Below, piece after piece: positions 9,439 through 19,538 of a stretch of 64,000 bases of DNA. The notes under the pieces were generated by a model. The model searched no databases. It was not told the DNA's origin and was given only the letters and a program-made list of their open reading frames with translations. The first letter of the stretch is position 1, and each line of letters opens with the position of its first letter. Made by a program: the position numbers and the translations under genes. This stretch comes from an uncultured Bacteroidia bacterium (lineage in GTDB: Bacteria; Bacteroidota; Bacteroidia; Bacteroidales; F082). The stretch lies in the NCBI GenBank assembly GCA_902780195.1, contig CACZER010000001.1:24626-88625 (forward strand), in the 5' to 3' direction.

Positions 9439-9446
9439 TACTTTTG
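9439..9446 (+). promoter_or_regulatory. candidate -7 box (TACTTTTG) in the gldJ/porU divergent region
   Basis: The only exact TAnnTTTG match on the plus strand of the 379-bp AT-rich spacer. It would give a leader of about 190 nt for porU. Confidence 0.3.
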
Positions 9447-9638
9447 TCGTCACCGAAGTACGCTATGAAAAAAACGTACAATTTTACGGATTTTTTTTGA
9501 AATGAGTTACGTTTCTCAAAAAAAAGTTTTTTTTGGACTAAAAAATGGATGATTACAATAAAAAGGTTGTATTTTCGTTTCCAAAATAGTAGTTTTTTTT
9601 ATAAGGAGTATTAATTTAAGACATTGATATTTAGCGAG

Positions 9639-12600
9639 ATGAGTTTAAAATCCAGAAGGTTTTTCAAATATTGCTCGGTTTGTTGTTTGGTTTTGGCTTT
9701 TGTCGTGGTTCAATCCCATGGCTTGAAAGCACAGGTGACATCATTGCACTCACTGCAGTTAAATTGGCAGGGAGTGGGTGCAATGCCTACCTCATATGAC
9801 ACCATATACTATATCCAGTTGGAGTCTGCCTGCTACGAAGGCTCAATACCAATTTATGTGAAATCGTTCCCGATTTATGACAACCAGGTGAAGGCCGATG
9901 TAAAACTACAAGATTTGAAGACGGCATCACTTTCTGAAGAAGAACTGAAGATTGTCAATGACTGCGATTTTGGCGAGGACTTTAGCGTTAGTGCCATTCC
10001 CTTGCGTTCACGTGACGAGTCATGGCTTTCATGTAGAATTCACCCTATACGTAAACATGGCGGTAGTTATGAAAAGCTTGTTTCGGCTACGTTGTCGGTG
10101 TCATTGATGCCAATTGCCAATGTTCAGAAGGATAATCCGGTATATGCGCATACTTCTGCCATGGCTTCTGGAGATTGGTATAAGATTGGCCTGCCAGAAA
10201 CTGGTATCTATAAATTGTCATACGATGACCTTAAGGGTTTGGGTATCAATGTTGCAGGAATTGATCCGCGAACCATTCGCGTCTATCATAACGGAGGCGG
10301 CGTACTTCCTGAAATGAACAATGTCTCTCGTCATGACGATCTGGTGGAAATACCCATTTATGTGGAAGGTGAGTCAGATGGTTCGTTTGACAAGAACGAT
10401 TATGTGCTGTTTTATGGAGGGGGACCTGTGCGTTGGACTTGGAATGCCTCGAAACAGGTGTTTGAACATGTTCAGAACTATTATGATGACTATGCCTACG
10501 CTTTTGTTGTGACAGGGAAGGGGACGGGGAAAAGAATCACGACTTCAACTGCGCCGACTGCTGCTGCTGAATCTGTAGTGACAGAATTCCTTGATTATCA
10601 AGTACACGAGTCGGACGAATACAACTTGTGGCATTGGGGACGCTCTTACTATGGTGATGCCATGCATGGCATGGAATACAAGACGTTCAGTTTTGACTTT
10701 CCAAACATGGTGTCTTCCCGAAAGGGATGGCTGAAGTCGGAATTGGCGGGTAGAAACTTCACTCCGGCTTCTTTTGAAGTGTATGTCGACGAGGAGAAGA
10801 AAGCGACATATTCTCTCTCGTCCACGTCGCCATCAGGGTCGGTTTATGCCCATGTGGTTGGAGGATGGGTTTCTTTTGTGCCGCAAGGGTCTGCGGTAAG
10901 TGTTAGGTTAAGACATGTGTCGACGGGTACCTCCACTTCCGATGGATTTGTCGATTACTTGGCATTAAACGCGTGGCGCAGCTTGAAAATGGTTGGAAGT
11001 CAGATGGCATTTCGCAACCCGGAGGCTTCACTTTCCAATCAGGTTTATGAATACCGCATTTCTGGCGCTTCTCAACAGATTCGTGTTTGGAATGTCAGCG
11101 ACCCTGTAGCTCCTTCCATTGTGCTAGGCACGTTGAGCAATTCCGTCTATTCATTTAAGGTGTTAGGCAATCAGGACAATGCCTTTGTAGCATTCAATGG
11201 CAATTCCTATTGTACGGCAACCGCCATGGGGAGGGTCGGCAACCAAAACCTTCATGGCGTCCGCGACGTGGATTATCTGATACTTACTCATTCCGATTTT
11301 ATAAGTCAGGCTGAAAGGATAAAAGCCATTCACAATCGTTTGGATCCCGACTTGAATGTGTATATTACCACACCTGAATTGGTATATAATGAATTTTCGT
11401 GCGGTGCCAAGGACGTTTCAGCCATCCGCGACTTCTGTCGTATGCTTTATCTCGACAGCAATTCTGGTCGCAAGATCAAGTATTTACTATTGTTGGGTGA
11501 TGCCTCCTACGACCATAAGAACCGGGATGGTTTGGTGGATCTTATTCCTGCTTTTGAGTCGCTTAGTTCGCTGGACCAAAGAAGCACGTTAGTGACCGAC
11601 GACTATTACGGTTTTATGGACGAGGGAGAAGGTGCTCTTGGCTCCTCGTTGGCGGATATAGGCATAGGCCGCTTCCCTGTCGCCACTTTGGAACAGGCAA
11701 CTAACATGGTCGATAAGATTGAAAGATACATTGCAAAAGATGAGGCTTCAATGCAACCATGGCGTAACATGGTCACTTTCTGTGCTGACGATGACAGCGG
11801 ATTGAATGGAGGTTTCCCCGGAAATGCTGAGACGTTGGTGAACCTTATGAAGAGCGTTGGTGGAGGGGATATGTTGGTTGATAAGATTTATTTGGACGCT
11901 TATCCTCAAGTCAATGCACCGGGCGGACAGATTGCTCCCGACATGAATGCCGCTATCAACAGTAGAATGGAAAAGGGGACTTTGGTGATGAATTATATAG
12001 GCCACGGTGGTGAAGTCCAACTGGCCACCGAAAAGATACTCCAAAGAAAAGATGTTGACTCATGGCGTAATGCCCCCATGTTTCCGTTGATGATTACGGG
12101 TACTTGTGAGTTTAGCCGTTATGATGACCACAACCGTACTTCCCTTGGTGAATACGCTTTTTTAAATCAATATGGTGGCATGATCGCCATGTTTACCACG
12201 GCAAGGATTACCTATGGTGATCATAACCTGCGGTTTATGAAAGGGATTTACAACAACCTGTTCCGTATTAATGGAGGCGATGTTTATCGTTTGGGTGATG
12301 TGTATCGCATGGGCAAAACCCAAGGAGACATCGATGAAAAACGCTATGTGTTTTTTGGCGACCCTGCTTTGCGTTTGGTCTATCCAAAATGGAAAGTGGA
12401 GACGAAGCGTATCAATGGCATTGATATACAACATGACTCCATCCCAATCAATGATACCATCAGAGCGTTGCAGCCTGTTGAGATAGAAGGTGCCGTTAAG
12501 GATTTGGATGGCGAAGTGGCCTCTGATTTCAATGGCATTGTTTATGTGACCGTGTATGACAAGGAGACGGATGTGACGACTTATGGTGATGAGGCCAGTC

Positions 12601-13475
12601 CATTCACTTTCAAGTTGCGAAACAGCGTTGTTTTCAATGGTAAGGCGGAGGTGGTGAACGGTGAGTTCAAGATCAACTTCATCGTACCCCGTGATATTTC
12701 CTATCGGTATGGCAGTGGCCTGATCAGCTACTATGCAACCAATTATGTTACCGATGCCATGGGCAAGTTCGACGAATTCATCATTGGTGGATTCTACGAT
12801 AATGCCATTAGCGACAACGAACCACCTGAAGTCAGGCTGTTTATTGACGACACCTTGTTTGTAAGCGGCGGTCTCACGAGCGAGAATCCCACTTTGTTGG
12901 CTTTTGTGGAAGACGAAAGTGGTATCAACACCACGGGTACGGGTATCGGACATGATATCATGGCAACTTTGGAGGGTCCTTACAAGACTTCTTATCGGCT
13001 TAATGATTATTTTGTGTCGGAGATCAACAATCCCGGCAAAGGCAAAATTGCTTTCAAAATGCAGAAACTTGCTGATGGCGATTATACACTAACCTTGAAG
13101 GTTTGGGATATATTCAATAATTCAAATACGGCATCTGTCGACTTTACCGTGGTAAATAGTACGGGAATGTGTCTTGAGAACCCAGCCAATTATCCGAACC
13201 CTGTTAATGATATCACCTATTTTACTTTCGACCACAACCAGATCGGCAACAACTTGAAGGTGCAAATCGACATCTTTGACATTATGGGTCGATGGGTCAA
13301 TAGGATCAACGAAATAGTCACAGGTTCGTCTACCCGTGTGACACCTATTCGCTGGGATGGGCGCGGTGCTCATGGTGAACGACTTCGTAATGGGGTTTAT
13401 GTGTACCGTATTCTCGGTACCAACGATTCGGGAGAAACCACTTCTGTGGTGTCGAAATTGATTTTAAATCAGTAA
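9639..13475 (+). CDS. porU: T9SS C-terminal-signal peptidase/sortase PorU, paralogue 1 (peptidase C25-like)
   Basis: 1278 aa. Has a signal peptide and a gingipain-like core: YLLLLGDASYDHKN, DDYYGFMDEGEG, IGIGRFP, NYIGHGGEV (His codon 12003-12005), ITGTCEFSRYDD (Cys codon 12105-12107) and FFGDPALRL. It ends in a CTD-like beta-sandwich (NYPNPVNDITYFTF...GVYVYRIL...). It is followed by a paralogue and then porV. Confidence 0.85.
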   Translation: MSLKSRRFFKYCSVCCLVLAFVVVQSHGLKAQVTSLHSLQLNWQGVGAMPTSYDTIYYIQLESACYEGSIPIYVKSFPIYDNQVKADVKLQDLKTASLSEEELKIVNDCDFGEDFSVSAIPLRSRDESWLSCRIHPIRKHGGSYEKLVSATLSVSLMPIANVQKDNPVYAHTSAMASGDWYKIGLPETGIYKLSYDDLKGLGINVAGIDPRTIRVYHNGGGVLPEMNNVSRHDDLVEIPIYVEGESDGSFDKNDYVLFYGGGPVRWTWNASKQVFEHVQNYYDDYAYAFVVTGKGTGKRITTSTAPTAAAESVVTEFLDYQVHESDEYNLWHWGRSYYGDAMHGMEYKTFSFDFPNMVSSRKGWLKSELAGRNFTPASFEVYVDEEKKATYSLSSTSPSGSVYAHVVGGWVSFVPQGSAVSVRLRHVSTGTSTSDGFVDYLALNAWRSLKMVGSQMAFRNPEASLSNQVYEYRISGASQQIRVWNVSDPVAPSIVLGTLSNSVYSFKVLGNQDNAFVAFNGNSYCTATAMGRVGNQNLHGVRDVDYLILTHSDFISQAERIKAIHNRLDPDLNVYITTPELVYNEFSCGAKDVSAIRDFCRMLYLDSNSGRKIKYLLLLGDASYDHKNRDGLVDLIPAFESLSSLDQRSTLVTDDYYGFMDEGEGALGSSLADIGIGRFPVATLEQATNMVDKIERYIAKDEASMQPWRNMVTFCADDDSGLNGGFPGNAETLVNLMKSVGGGDMLVDKIYLDAYPQVNAPGGQIAPDMNAAINSRMEKGTLVMNYIGHGGEVQLATEKILQRKDVDSWRNAPMFPLMITGTCEFSRYDDHNRTSLGEYAFLNQYGGMIAMFTTARITYGDHNLRFMKGIYNNLFRINGGDVYRLGDVYRMGKTQGDIDEKRYVFFGDPALRLVYPKWKVETKRINGIDIQHDSIPINDTIRALQPVEIEGAVKDLDGEVASDFNGIVYVTVYDKETDVTTYGDEASPFTFKLRNSVVFNGKAEVVNGEFKINFIVPRDISYRYGSGLISYYATNYVTDAMGKFDEFIIGGFYDNAISDNEPPEVRLFIDDTLFVSGGLTSENPTLLAFVEDESGINTTGTGIGHDIMATLEGPYKTSYRLNDYFVSEINNPGKGKIAFKMQKLADGDYTLTLKVWDIFNNSNTASVDFTVVNSTGMCLENPANYPNPVNDITYFTFDHNQIGNNLKVQIDIFDIMGRWVNRINEIVTGSSTRVTPIRWDGRGAHGERLRNGVYVYRILGTNDSGETTSVVSKLILNQ

Positions 13476-13488
13476 AAATCAATCTGTC

Positions 13489-16400
13489 ATGAAGAAAAGA
13501 GACCTTTATATTAAGTTTTTCGTTCTATTGTTGCTGTCATTAGGTATGCAGGTTCAGGCGCAGAACAATGCTTATCATTCTGTTTTGGCCGAACATTCAT
13601 GGTACCGTCTTGCTGTGGCCCATGAGGGGGTATATAAAATCGACAGGACATCTTTTGTGGAAATGGGCATTGACGCTGAAGGCGTCAACCCGGATCAGAT
13701 CCGAGTTTTTGGTGCCCCAGCTGGTATTTTGCCGGAAAAGAACAGCGATCCTCGTCCCGATGATTTGGAGGAGCTGGCGATTTTCGTTGAAGGTGCTGAA
13801 GATGGGCGTTTTGATGCCGAGGATTACGTGTTGTTTTATGGTCAGGAACCAACTTGTTGGAAACTGAACTCAAGCCTGACACAAAAGTATGAGCGGCAAC
13901 GTAACTATTATTCTGACACTACATACTATTATCTATGTGTTGACAGTGGAGTGAATGGATTGAGAATAGGAGAAAAGGCATCGTTGCCCATTGAAGAGGC
14001 ATCGTCAGTTATTACTGAGTTTTTGGATGTCCGTTGGCATGAGGAAGAGCTTTTCTCGCCTTTTGTTTCGGGCCGTAATTGGTATGGTGAGTCGTTGACT
14101 TCGGCAGATTCTGTTTTGGAATTGACATTTGACTTCCCTCATCTAGTGAAGTCAAAAGCCGCTTATTTGAAGGCTGAGTTGTTGGGTAGGGCATATAAGA
14201 GCACTTTGTATTATAACTTGAGAGTTGACAACGACCTGTTGGCCAATAACGTCGCTATTGGTTCCTACGGAAACAATTCTTATGGATTGCCATCGAGTGT
14301 ATCGAAACAGCTTTTCTTGGAAAGTGATACTGCTAATGTTCAACTTCAATTGCGCGCTACTGCCAGCGGACAAAGCTTGTATCTTGATTTTATTGAGTTG
14401 TATGCATGGCGCCAATTGATACGAGAGGGCGGTGTGTTCCCATTCCGGCTTATTCCAGACCAGTTCGAACAGGAGAGCAATGCCGTTTGGATTCAAAATG
14501 TTAGCCTTGAATTCCAACTTTGGGATGTCACTACGCCACTTTGTCCTATGAGGCAGCAAGGCCGTCTGACTTCTGGCAATCTGGTTTTTGCCACCGATGA
14601 GCACGTGGAGAAACGTTATGTTCTATTCGATGTGTCGGCGGCATCTTCGGTGAATTCATGGACTCGTATCGATAACCAAGACCTGCATTCCATATCTTAT
14701 GCCGACATGCTGATTATCTCGACTGACATTTGCATGGGGCAAGCCCAGGTTTTGGCCGATTTCCATGCAATGGAGGATGGTATGGATTGCCAAGTGGTCA
14801 ACGTGCACCAAATTTTTAATGAGTTCTCCGCAGGGATCTGTGACCCTACAGCGATTCGCGATTTCATCAGAATGGTGTATCACCGCAGTGCTGGTGGATT
14901 GAAATATGTGACCTTGTTTGGGAAAGCCTCGATGGATTTCCGCAACCTTAAAGGTTATTTGTCGGATTTCATTCCCTGTTATGAGGCACAAACCATGCCA
15001 TATCACATGGTGAAGAGCTTTTGTACCGATGATTATTTTGGCCTGATGGAGCCGCATGAAGGAGAAAACAGCATGGGTACTGTCGATATAGGCATTGGTC
15101 GCATTCCTGCTTCCACAGAGAAAGAAGCTGAAACCGTGATGCGGAAAATAAGGCATTACAACGACATAAATGCGAACCAAGGTATCTGGAAGACGGCACA
15201 TCTTTTCGTGGCCGATGATGAGTCGACGCAATATGTGAACGACAATGAATTGTATTACAGGATGGAGGACACGTTGTGCCATCCTATGACTGCGAAAAAG
15301 ATTTATGCGCAAGGTTATGGGCATGTAAACACGCCTGCAGGAATTAGGATCCCTGAAGCCCACGACGAATTGTTGAGGGACCTTGAAAAAGGAGCGTTGG
15401 TAATGACGTATACAGGCCACGGTGGCGTGAGAGGATTGACCCAGGACGGCCTTTTCACCAATTCTGACATTGCCTCGCTTAGTAACTACGACCGCATGCC
15501 CTTTGTGTTCACGGCCACCTGTGAGTTTGCCAAATATGACGACCCAACATTGAATTCTGCTGGTGAGCAGATGTTTCTTTTGCCCTCTGGTGGTGCCATT
15601 GCACTTCTGACATCCAGCCGTCCTACTTTGGCGCCTAACAACGTCTTGTTAGGTAAAGCATTAGCTAGATCTTTGTTCCAGCGGGAGGATGGGGTGCCTA
15701 TGCGTTTGGGCGACATTTGCCGGTTGGCTAAACGTGACCCTCAAAATTTCACTGCCACTGAATGCAAAAACATTTCTTATTTGCTTTTGGGCGATCCGGC
15801 ATTGCGTCTTGCTGTCCCTGAAGAGGAAATCGTGGCATTAAGACTCAATGGAAAGGATTTGTTAAGTGAAGACGTTACACTGCATGCGATGAGTATGGTA
15901 AACATGGAGGGTGAGGTTAGGACGGTTGAAGGGCGGCGCGATGCCGATTTTAATGGAGAACTGTGGGTGCGTCTCTATGACCAAAAGTCGCGTATCAAGT
16001 TGGAGTATCAGAGCACTTCAGGAAATGTTAATGTGGTGAACTGCTATCATCACAAGGACGTGCTGTTCCAGGGGTATGTCAGTGTGAATTCGGGCCGTTT
16101 CTCAGTCTCGTTCCAAGTGCCCAGTGACATTACTGCCTCATATGGCGCACCTCGTTTTAGCTTTTATGCTTTCGACTCAATCCGTGGGAAAGATGCCATG
16201 GGTGTCTTCGACAACTTGACCATGGGCGGTCTGGATCCTTCCATTATCGTCGATGATGAAGGACCCAAAATTGACTTTTATTGGAACAATCCTTCGTTTA
16301 AAAACGGCGACGTTGTGGAACGTAATGGCGTTTTGTACGCCGATTTGTATGACGCGCAAGGCATTTACCACTACGATTATGCTTTGGGCCGCGATATAGT

Positions 16401-16908
16401 TATGCGAAGCAATGCTCCGATGTGCTCCAATGTGGTGTTGAATAGCTATTTTAAGCCTGTTATTGACGATTTCAGACGGGGAAGCATCGCGTTTCCTTTG
16501 GAGGATCTTGAGCCTGGGAATTACCAGTTTGAACTTAAAGCTTGGGACATGCAGAACAATTCCTCAAGCGCAAACTTGTGGTTTGTTGTAGGGGAAGATA
16601 TCTATTTGGCAGGTGTGCGCAATTTCCCCAATCCTTTTAATGAATCGACTTATATAACGTTGAAACACTATGGTGAGGATGGCAATTTTGATGTTCACCT
16701 GGAAGTGTATGACATCACAGGACGGCTCGTGGATGCTTTTTCACAACGGGTGAGTTGCACCAATGGCCAAATTGAGCCTATCCGTTGGGATGGATGCAAC
16801 CAAGGAGGGAGCGCTTTGCCAACAGGGCTTTATCTTTACCGTCTAACCCTTTCGGGCGAGGATGGTTATTCGAGAACGGTAAGCCAAAGAATGATGATAT
16901 ACCGTTAA
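13489..16908 (+). CDS. porU: T9SS PorU-like C25 peptidase, paralogue 2
   Basis: 1139 aa, colinear with paralogue 1: WYRLAVAHEGVYKI, DYVLFYG, YVTLFGKASMDFRN, DDYFGLMEPHEG, IGIGRIP, TYTGHGGVRG (His codon 15418-15420), FTATCEFAKYDD (Cys codon 15520-15522) and LLGDPALRL. The CTD-like end reads NFPNPFNESTYITL...GLYLYRL. It starts 13 nt after paralogue 1. Confidence 0.8.
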   Translation: MKKRDLYIKFFVLLLLSLGMQVQAQNNAYHSVLAEHSWYRLAVAHEGVYKIDRTSFVEMGIDAEGVNPDQIRVFGAPAGILPEKNSDPRPDDLEELAIFVEGAEDGRFDAEDYVLFYGQEPTCWKLNSSLTQKYERQRNYYSDTTYYYLCVDSGVNGLRIGEKASLPIEEASSVITEFLDVRWHEEELFSPFVSGRNWYGESLTSADSVLELTFDFPHLVKSKAAYLKAELLGRAYKSTLYYNLRVDNDLLANNVAIGSYGNNSYGLPSSVSKQLFLESDTANVQLQLRATASGQSLYLDFIELYAWRQLIREGGVFPFRLIPDQFEQESNAVWIQNVSLEFQLWDVTTPLCPMRQQGRLTSGNLVFATDEHVEKRYVLFDVSAASSVNSWTRIDNQDLHSISYADMLIISTDICMGQAQVLADFHAMEDGMDCQVVNVHQIFNEFSAGICDPTAIRDFIRMVYHRSAGGLKYVTLFGKASMDFRNLKGYLSDFIPCYEAQTMPYHMVKSFCTDDYFGLMEPHEGENSMGTVDIGIGRIPASTEKEAETVMRKIRHYNDINANQGIWKTAHLFVADDESTQYVNDNELYYRMEDTLCHPMTAKKIYAQGYGHVNTPAGIRIPEAHDELLRDLEKGALVMTYTGHGGVRGLTQDGLFTNSDIASLSNYDRMPFVFTATCEFAKYDDPTLNSAGEQMFLLPSGGAIALLTSSRPTLAPNNVLLGKALARSLFQREDGVPMRLGDICRLAKRDPQNFTATECKNISYLLLGDPALRLAVPEEEIVALRLNGKDLLSEDVTLHAMSMVNMEGEVRTVEGRRDADFNGELWVRLYDQKSRIKLEYQSTSGNVNVVNCYHHKDVLFQGYVSVNSGRFSVSFQVPSDITASYGAPRFSFYAFDSIRGKDAMGVFDNLTMGGLDPSIIVDDEGPKIDFYWNNPSFKNGDVVERNGVLYADLYDAQGIYHYDYALGRDIVMRSNAPMCSNVVLNSYFKPVIDDFRRGSIAFPLEDLEPGNYQFELKAWDMQNNSSSANLWFVVGEDIYLAGVRNFPNPFNESTYITLKHYGEDGNFDVHLEVYDITGRLVDAFSQRVSCTNGQIEPIRWDGCNQGGSALPTGLYLYRLTLSGEDGYSRTVSQRMMIYR

Positions 16909-16981
16909 AACTTTTTTTTCATTGATGTACAATAAGCAAACAGAATAATCGTTATCTCTTCAATTTAAATTATAATTTAAA

Positions 16982-18232
16982 ATGAAAATCAAGCACATGT
17001 TCCTGGCTGCCTTTGTTTTTATGGCGGCACATTCTTTTGGTCAAGGTTATACGGGCCAAAATTATCAAGTCTCACCTAACGTTATCACAACAGCGGTTCC
17101 TTTTGTTTCCATCTCCCCGGATGCTCGAGGTGGTGCCATGGGCGACTGCGGTGTGGCTTCCGAACCCGATGTGTATTCGATGCATTATAATCCGGCGAAG
17201 TATGCCTTCCTGAATGAAGACATGAGCATCGGCCTTGGCTATAGCCCTTGGCTGAGGAATCTGACAAACGACATGAACCTTGCCTATTTGGCTTTCGGCA
17301 AGCGTATCAACGACAGATCGGCCATCGGTGCCACGTTGCGTTATTTTAGCTGTGGTGAGATCAATTTCAGGGACGGTAACAATACGGACCAAGGTACATA
17401 CAGCCCCAATGAATGGGCTATCGACGCCACCTATTCCCGTATGTTGGGCGATTATTTGGCAGGTGCTGTTTCCGGTCGTTTCATCTATTCCGACTTGAAC
17501 CAAGGCGTTCAGGACTATGCCAAGAAGGGTATTTCAGTGGCCGCCGACGTGGCTGTTTACTACAAACGTCCCGTTGAATGGTTCAGCGATATGGATGCTG
17601 ATTTTGCTTGGGGTGCCGCAATCACCAATATCGGTAGTAAGATCAGCTATAACAGCTCTTCGGAAAGAAAAGATTTCATCCCCACCACTTTGCGTGCTGG
17701 TGCCAACCTGAAGCTTGAGCTCGACGAATATAATTCATTGGCATTTAATGTGGATCTTTCCAAACTTATGGTTCCTACACCTCCAGTCATTAAGAGAGAC
17801 ACCCTCTCTGGTCAACCTATCCCTGATCCGGCAACGGGAGGCTATCAGATTCTTTACGGTATGGACAATAACGTGTCGGTCGTGTCGGGCATGATCCAGT
17901 CGTTCTATGATGCGCCTGGCATTGGTTACAATCAATATACAGGTGAGTGGGAAAACTACGGTAAATTCTATGAAGAGCTTTGCGAAATCAATATAGGTGT
18001 CGGTGTGGAGTACTGGTACAACAATGTGTTTGCTGTGCGTGCCGGCTATTTCAATGAAACCGCTTTGAAGGGTAACCGTAAATATGTAACCCTTGGCGCA
18101 GCCTTGAAGTATAATGTGTTCGGTTTGGATGTCTCCTACCTGATTCCTGTCAACACAGTCGCTGGTTCCAACCCTTTGGAGAACACGCTGCGTTTCAACC
18201 TTACCTACAATATGGGTAAGAAGAAAGGTTGA
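16982..18232 (+). CDS. porV: T9SS outer-membrane shuttle protein PorV (LptO)
   Basis: 416 aa with a signal peptide, then ITTAVPFVSISPDARGGAMGDCGVASEPDVYSMHYNPAKYAF, the characteristic PorV N-terminal motif. It has a FadL-like barrel size and lies directly downstream of porU. Confidence 0.85.
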   Translation: MKIKHMFLAAFVFMAAHSFGQGYTGQNYQVSPNVITTAVPFVSISPDARGGAMGDCGVASEPDVYSMHYNPAKYAFLNEDMSIGLGYSPWLRNLTNDMNLAYLAFGKRINDRSAIGATLRYFSCGEINFRDGNNTDQGTYSPNEWAIDATYSRMLGDYLAGAVSGRFIYSDLNQGVQDYAKKGISVAADVAVYYKRPVEWFSDMDADFAWGAAITNIGSKISYNSSSERKDFIPTTLRAGANLKLELDEYNSLAFNVDLSKLMVPTPPVIKRDTLSGQPIPDPATGGYQILYGMDNNVSVVSGMIQSFYDAPGIGYNQYTGEWENYGKFYEELCEINIGVGVEYWYNNVFAVRAGYFNETALKGNRKYVTLGAALKYNVFGLDVSYLIPVNTVAGSNPLENTLRFNLTYNMGKKKG

Positions 18233-18250
18233 TATCCTTCGTTCTGAAAC

Positions 18251-18282
18251 AAAAAAAAGAGGCTCGGTGAGCCTCTTTTTTT
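18251..18282. terminator. bidirectional rho-independent terminator
   Basis: AAAAAAAA-GAGGCTC-GGT-GAGCCTC-TTTTTTT lies between the convergent porV (+) and the transporter gene (-). Confidence 0.8.
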
Positions 18283-18290
18283 GTTGTTAG

Positions 18291-19532
18291 TTAGAATATC
18301 AAGGCTAGTAAGACATACAGCCAGTGTGCTGCGATGCCGGCGCAGAGGCCGCCGATGGTGTGCGCTCCAATGGCCTTGCCGATGAGCTTGCGATAGCCGA
18401 GGCTGTCGAGCATGGCGGCATGGGTGCTGAGGAAGCCACTCCAGCACATGCCGATGGCGGTGAACACGGCGATGGCATTGTTGTCGATGATGCCTTCGGT
18501 GATGAAACGCGGCACCAGACCGATGGCGGCGCCCACAGCACCAAGAGCGGTCATGGGGAAGGAGATCAAGGCGCCGTCTTTGAAGCCGAAGAGCCATTCG
18601 AAGATGAAGTTGACCTTGTTGGCCGCCCAGCTGATGACGGGCACACCTTCGTAAGCCACGCCAAGATATTCACCGTTGCTGCCTGATGCACCGAAGGTGA
18701 GCATCATCACGATGGTGGAGATGCAGAGCACGCCTGGGATGATGGCGAAGCCGATGCTAACGCCGTCCTTGCCGCCGTCGAGCAACGAGTTGAGGAAACG
18801 CATGAACACGCCCCCTTCACTCTTGAAGGAGATCTGCTGCTCGTCGCCGCCAAACTCCTCGTCGACAGGTGTATCCAGCTCAGGATAGGCTTTCAGGGTG
18901 GAGCGTTGCATCAGACGGGTTGAGACGATACTGCCGATGACGGCACCAGCTACGCCTACCAAAGCGCCTTTGCCGAAGCCTAGACCCGTCATGAAAGCCA
19001 CGACGACAAGACCCATGCCGAAGGCTGTACCAAAATTGGTCAGCGAGACGAGTTGGTACTTCTTGAAGTAACGGTTGAAGTTCTTGTCGTGTGCCAAGGT
19101 GATGATGGCGGGGTTGTCGCTCAAGAAGGTCATGATGGCACCCAAAGCGGCCACGCCAGGCAGGTTGTAAAGTGGCTTCATCAATGGGCGCAAAAGGTTC
19201 TCCAACAGACGTACCACACCGAACTCGGTGAGCAACTTGCTGATGGCGCCCATAAGCACACAGATGGCCATGATGTAGAACACGGTCTCCAACAGCAGGT
19301 GATAGGCCGTTTGCATGAAGGTGTTCAGCATCTTGGGCAAGGTCATCTTATAGGCTAGCAAGCCAAAGAAGGCGAAAAAGATGATCAAGAAAACGATGGC
19401 CTCGAAACTTCGCTTGGTCGTGAATTTCAGCGGCTTTTTGAGTTTTTCTTCAAATCTCTTGAAGATTCTTTCCACCCTCTCGTGGTAGTTAAGGGTGTTA
19501 CGCTTGATGGTGTTGTATTTTGTTTTTGCCAT
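18291..19532 (-). CDS. nucleoside-recognition (Gate) domain inner-membrane protein (YjiH/SpmA-SpmB-like)
   Basis: A 413-aa polytopic membrane protein whose glycine-rich helices are typical of Gate-domain transporters. It lies 6 nt downstream of the porin gene. The family call is by resemblance only. Confidence 0.55.
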   Translation of the reverse strand: MAKTKYNTIKRNTLNYHERVERIFKRFEEKLKKPLKFTTKRSFEAIVFLIIFFAFFGLLAYKMTLPKMLNTFMQTAYHLLLETVFYIMAICVLMGAISKLLTEFGVVRLLENLLRPLMKPLYNLPGVAALGAIMTFLSDNPAIITLAHDKNFNRYFKKYQLVSLTNFGTAFGMGLVVVAFMTGLGFGKGALVGVAGAVIGSIVSTRLMQRSTLKAYPELDTPVDEEFGGDEQQISFKSEGGVFMRFLNSLLDGGKDGVSIGFAIIPGVLCISTIVMMLTFGASGSNGEYLGVAYEGVPVISWAANKVNFIFEWLFGFKDGALISFPMTALGAVGAAIGLVPRFITEGIIDNNAIAVFTAIGMCWSGFLSTHAAMLDSLGYRKLIGKAIGAHTIGGLCAGIAAHWLYVLLALIF

Positions 19533-19538
19533 AGCGGA

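Noticed and set aside
9260-9638. The AT-rich repetitive spacer, checked as a possible CRISPR leader or array, or as a degenerate mobile-element end.
   Set aside because: It has no regularly spaced direct repeats of 25 nt or more, no terminal inverted repeats and no adjacent cas or transposase genes. It is treated as a regulatory region only.
12162-15420. Minus-strand ORFs (12162-12953 and 14656-15420) within the two porU genes.
   Set aside because: They are antisense shadows. The PorU frames contain the C25 catalytic motifs.
18205-18597. A 130-aa His/Arg-rich minus-strand ORF overlapping the end of porV and the transporter gene.
   Set aside because: It is out of frame with the well-supported Gate-domain gene and crosses the bidirectional terminator. 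Its composition is implausible.
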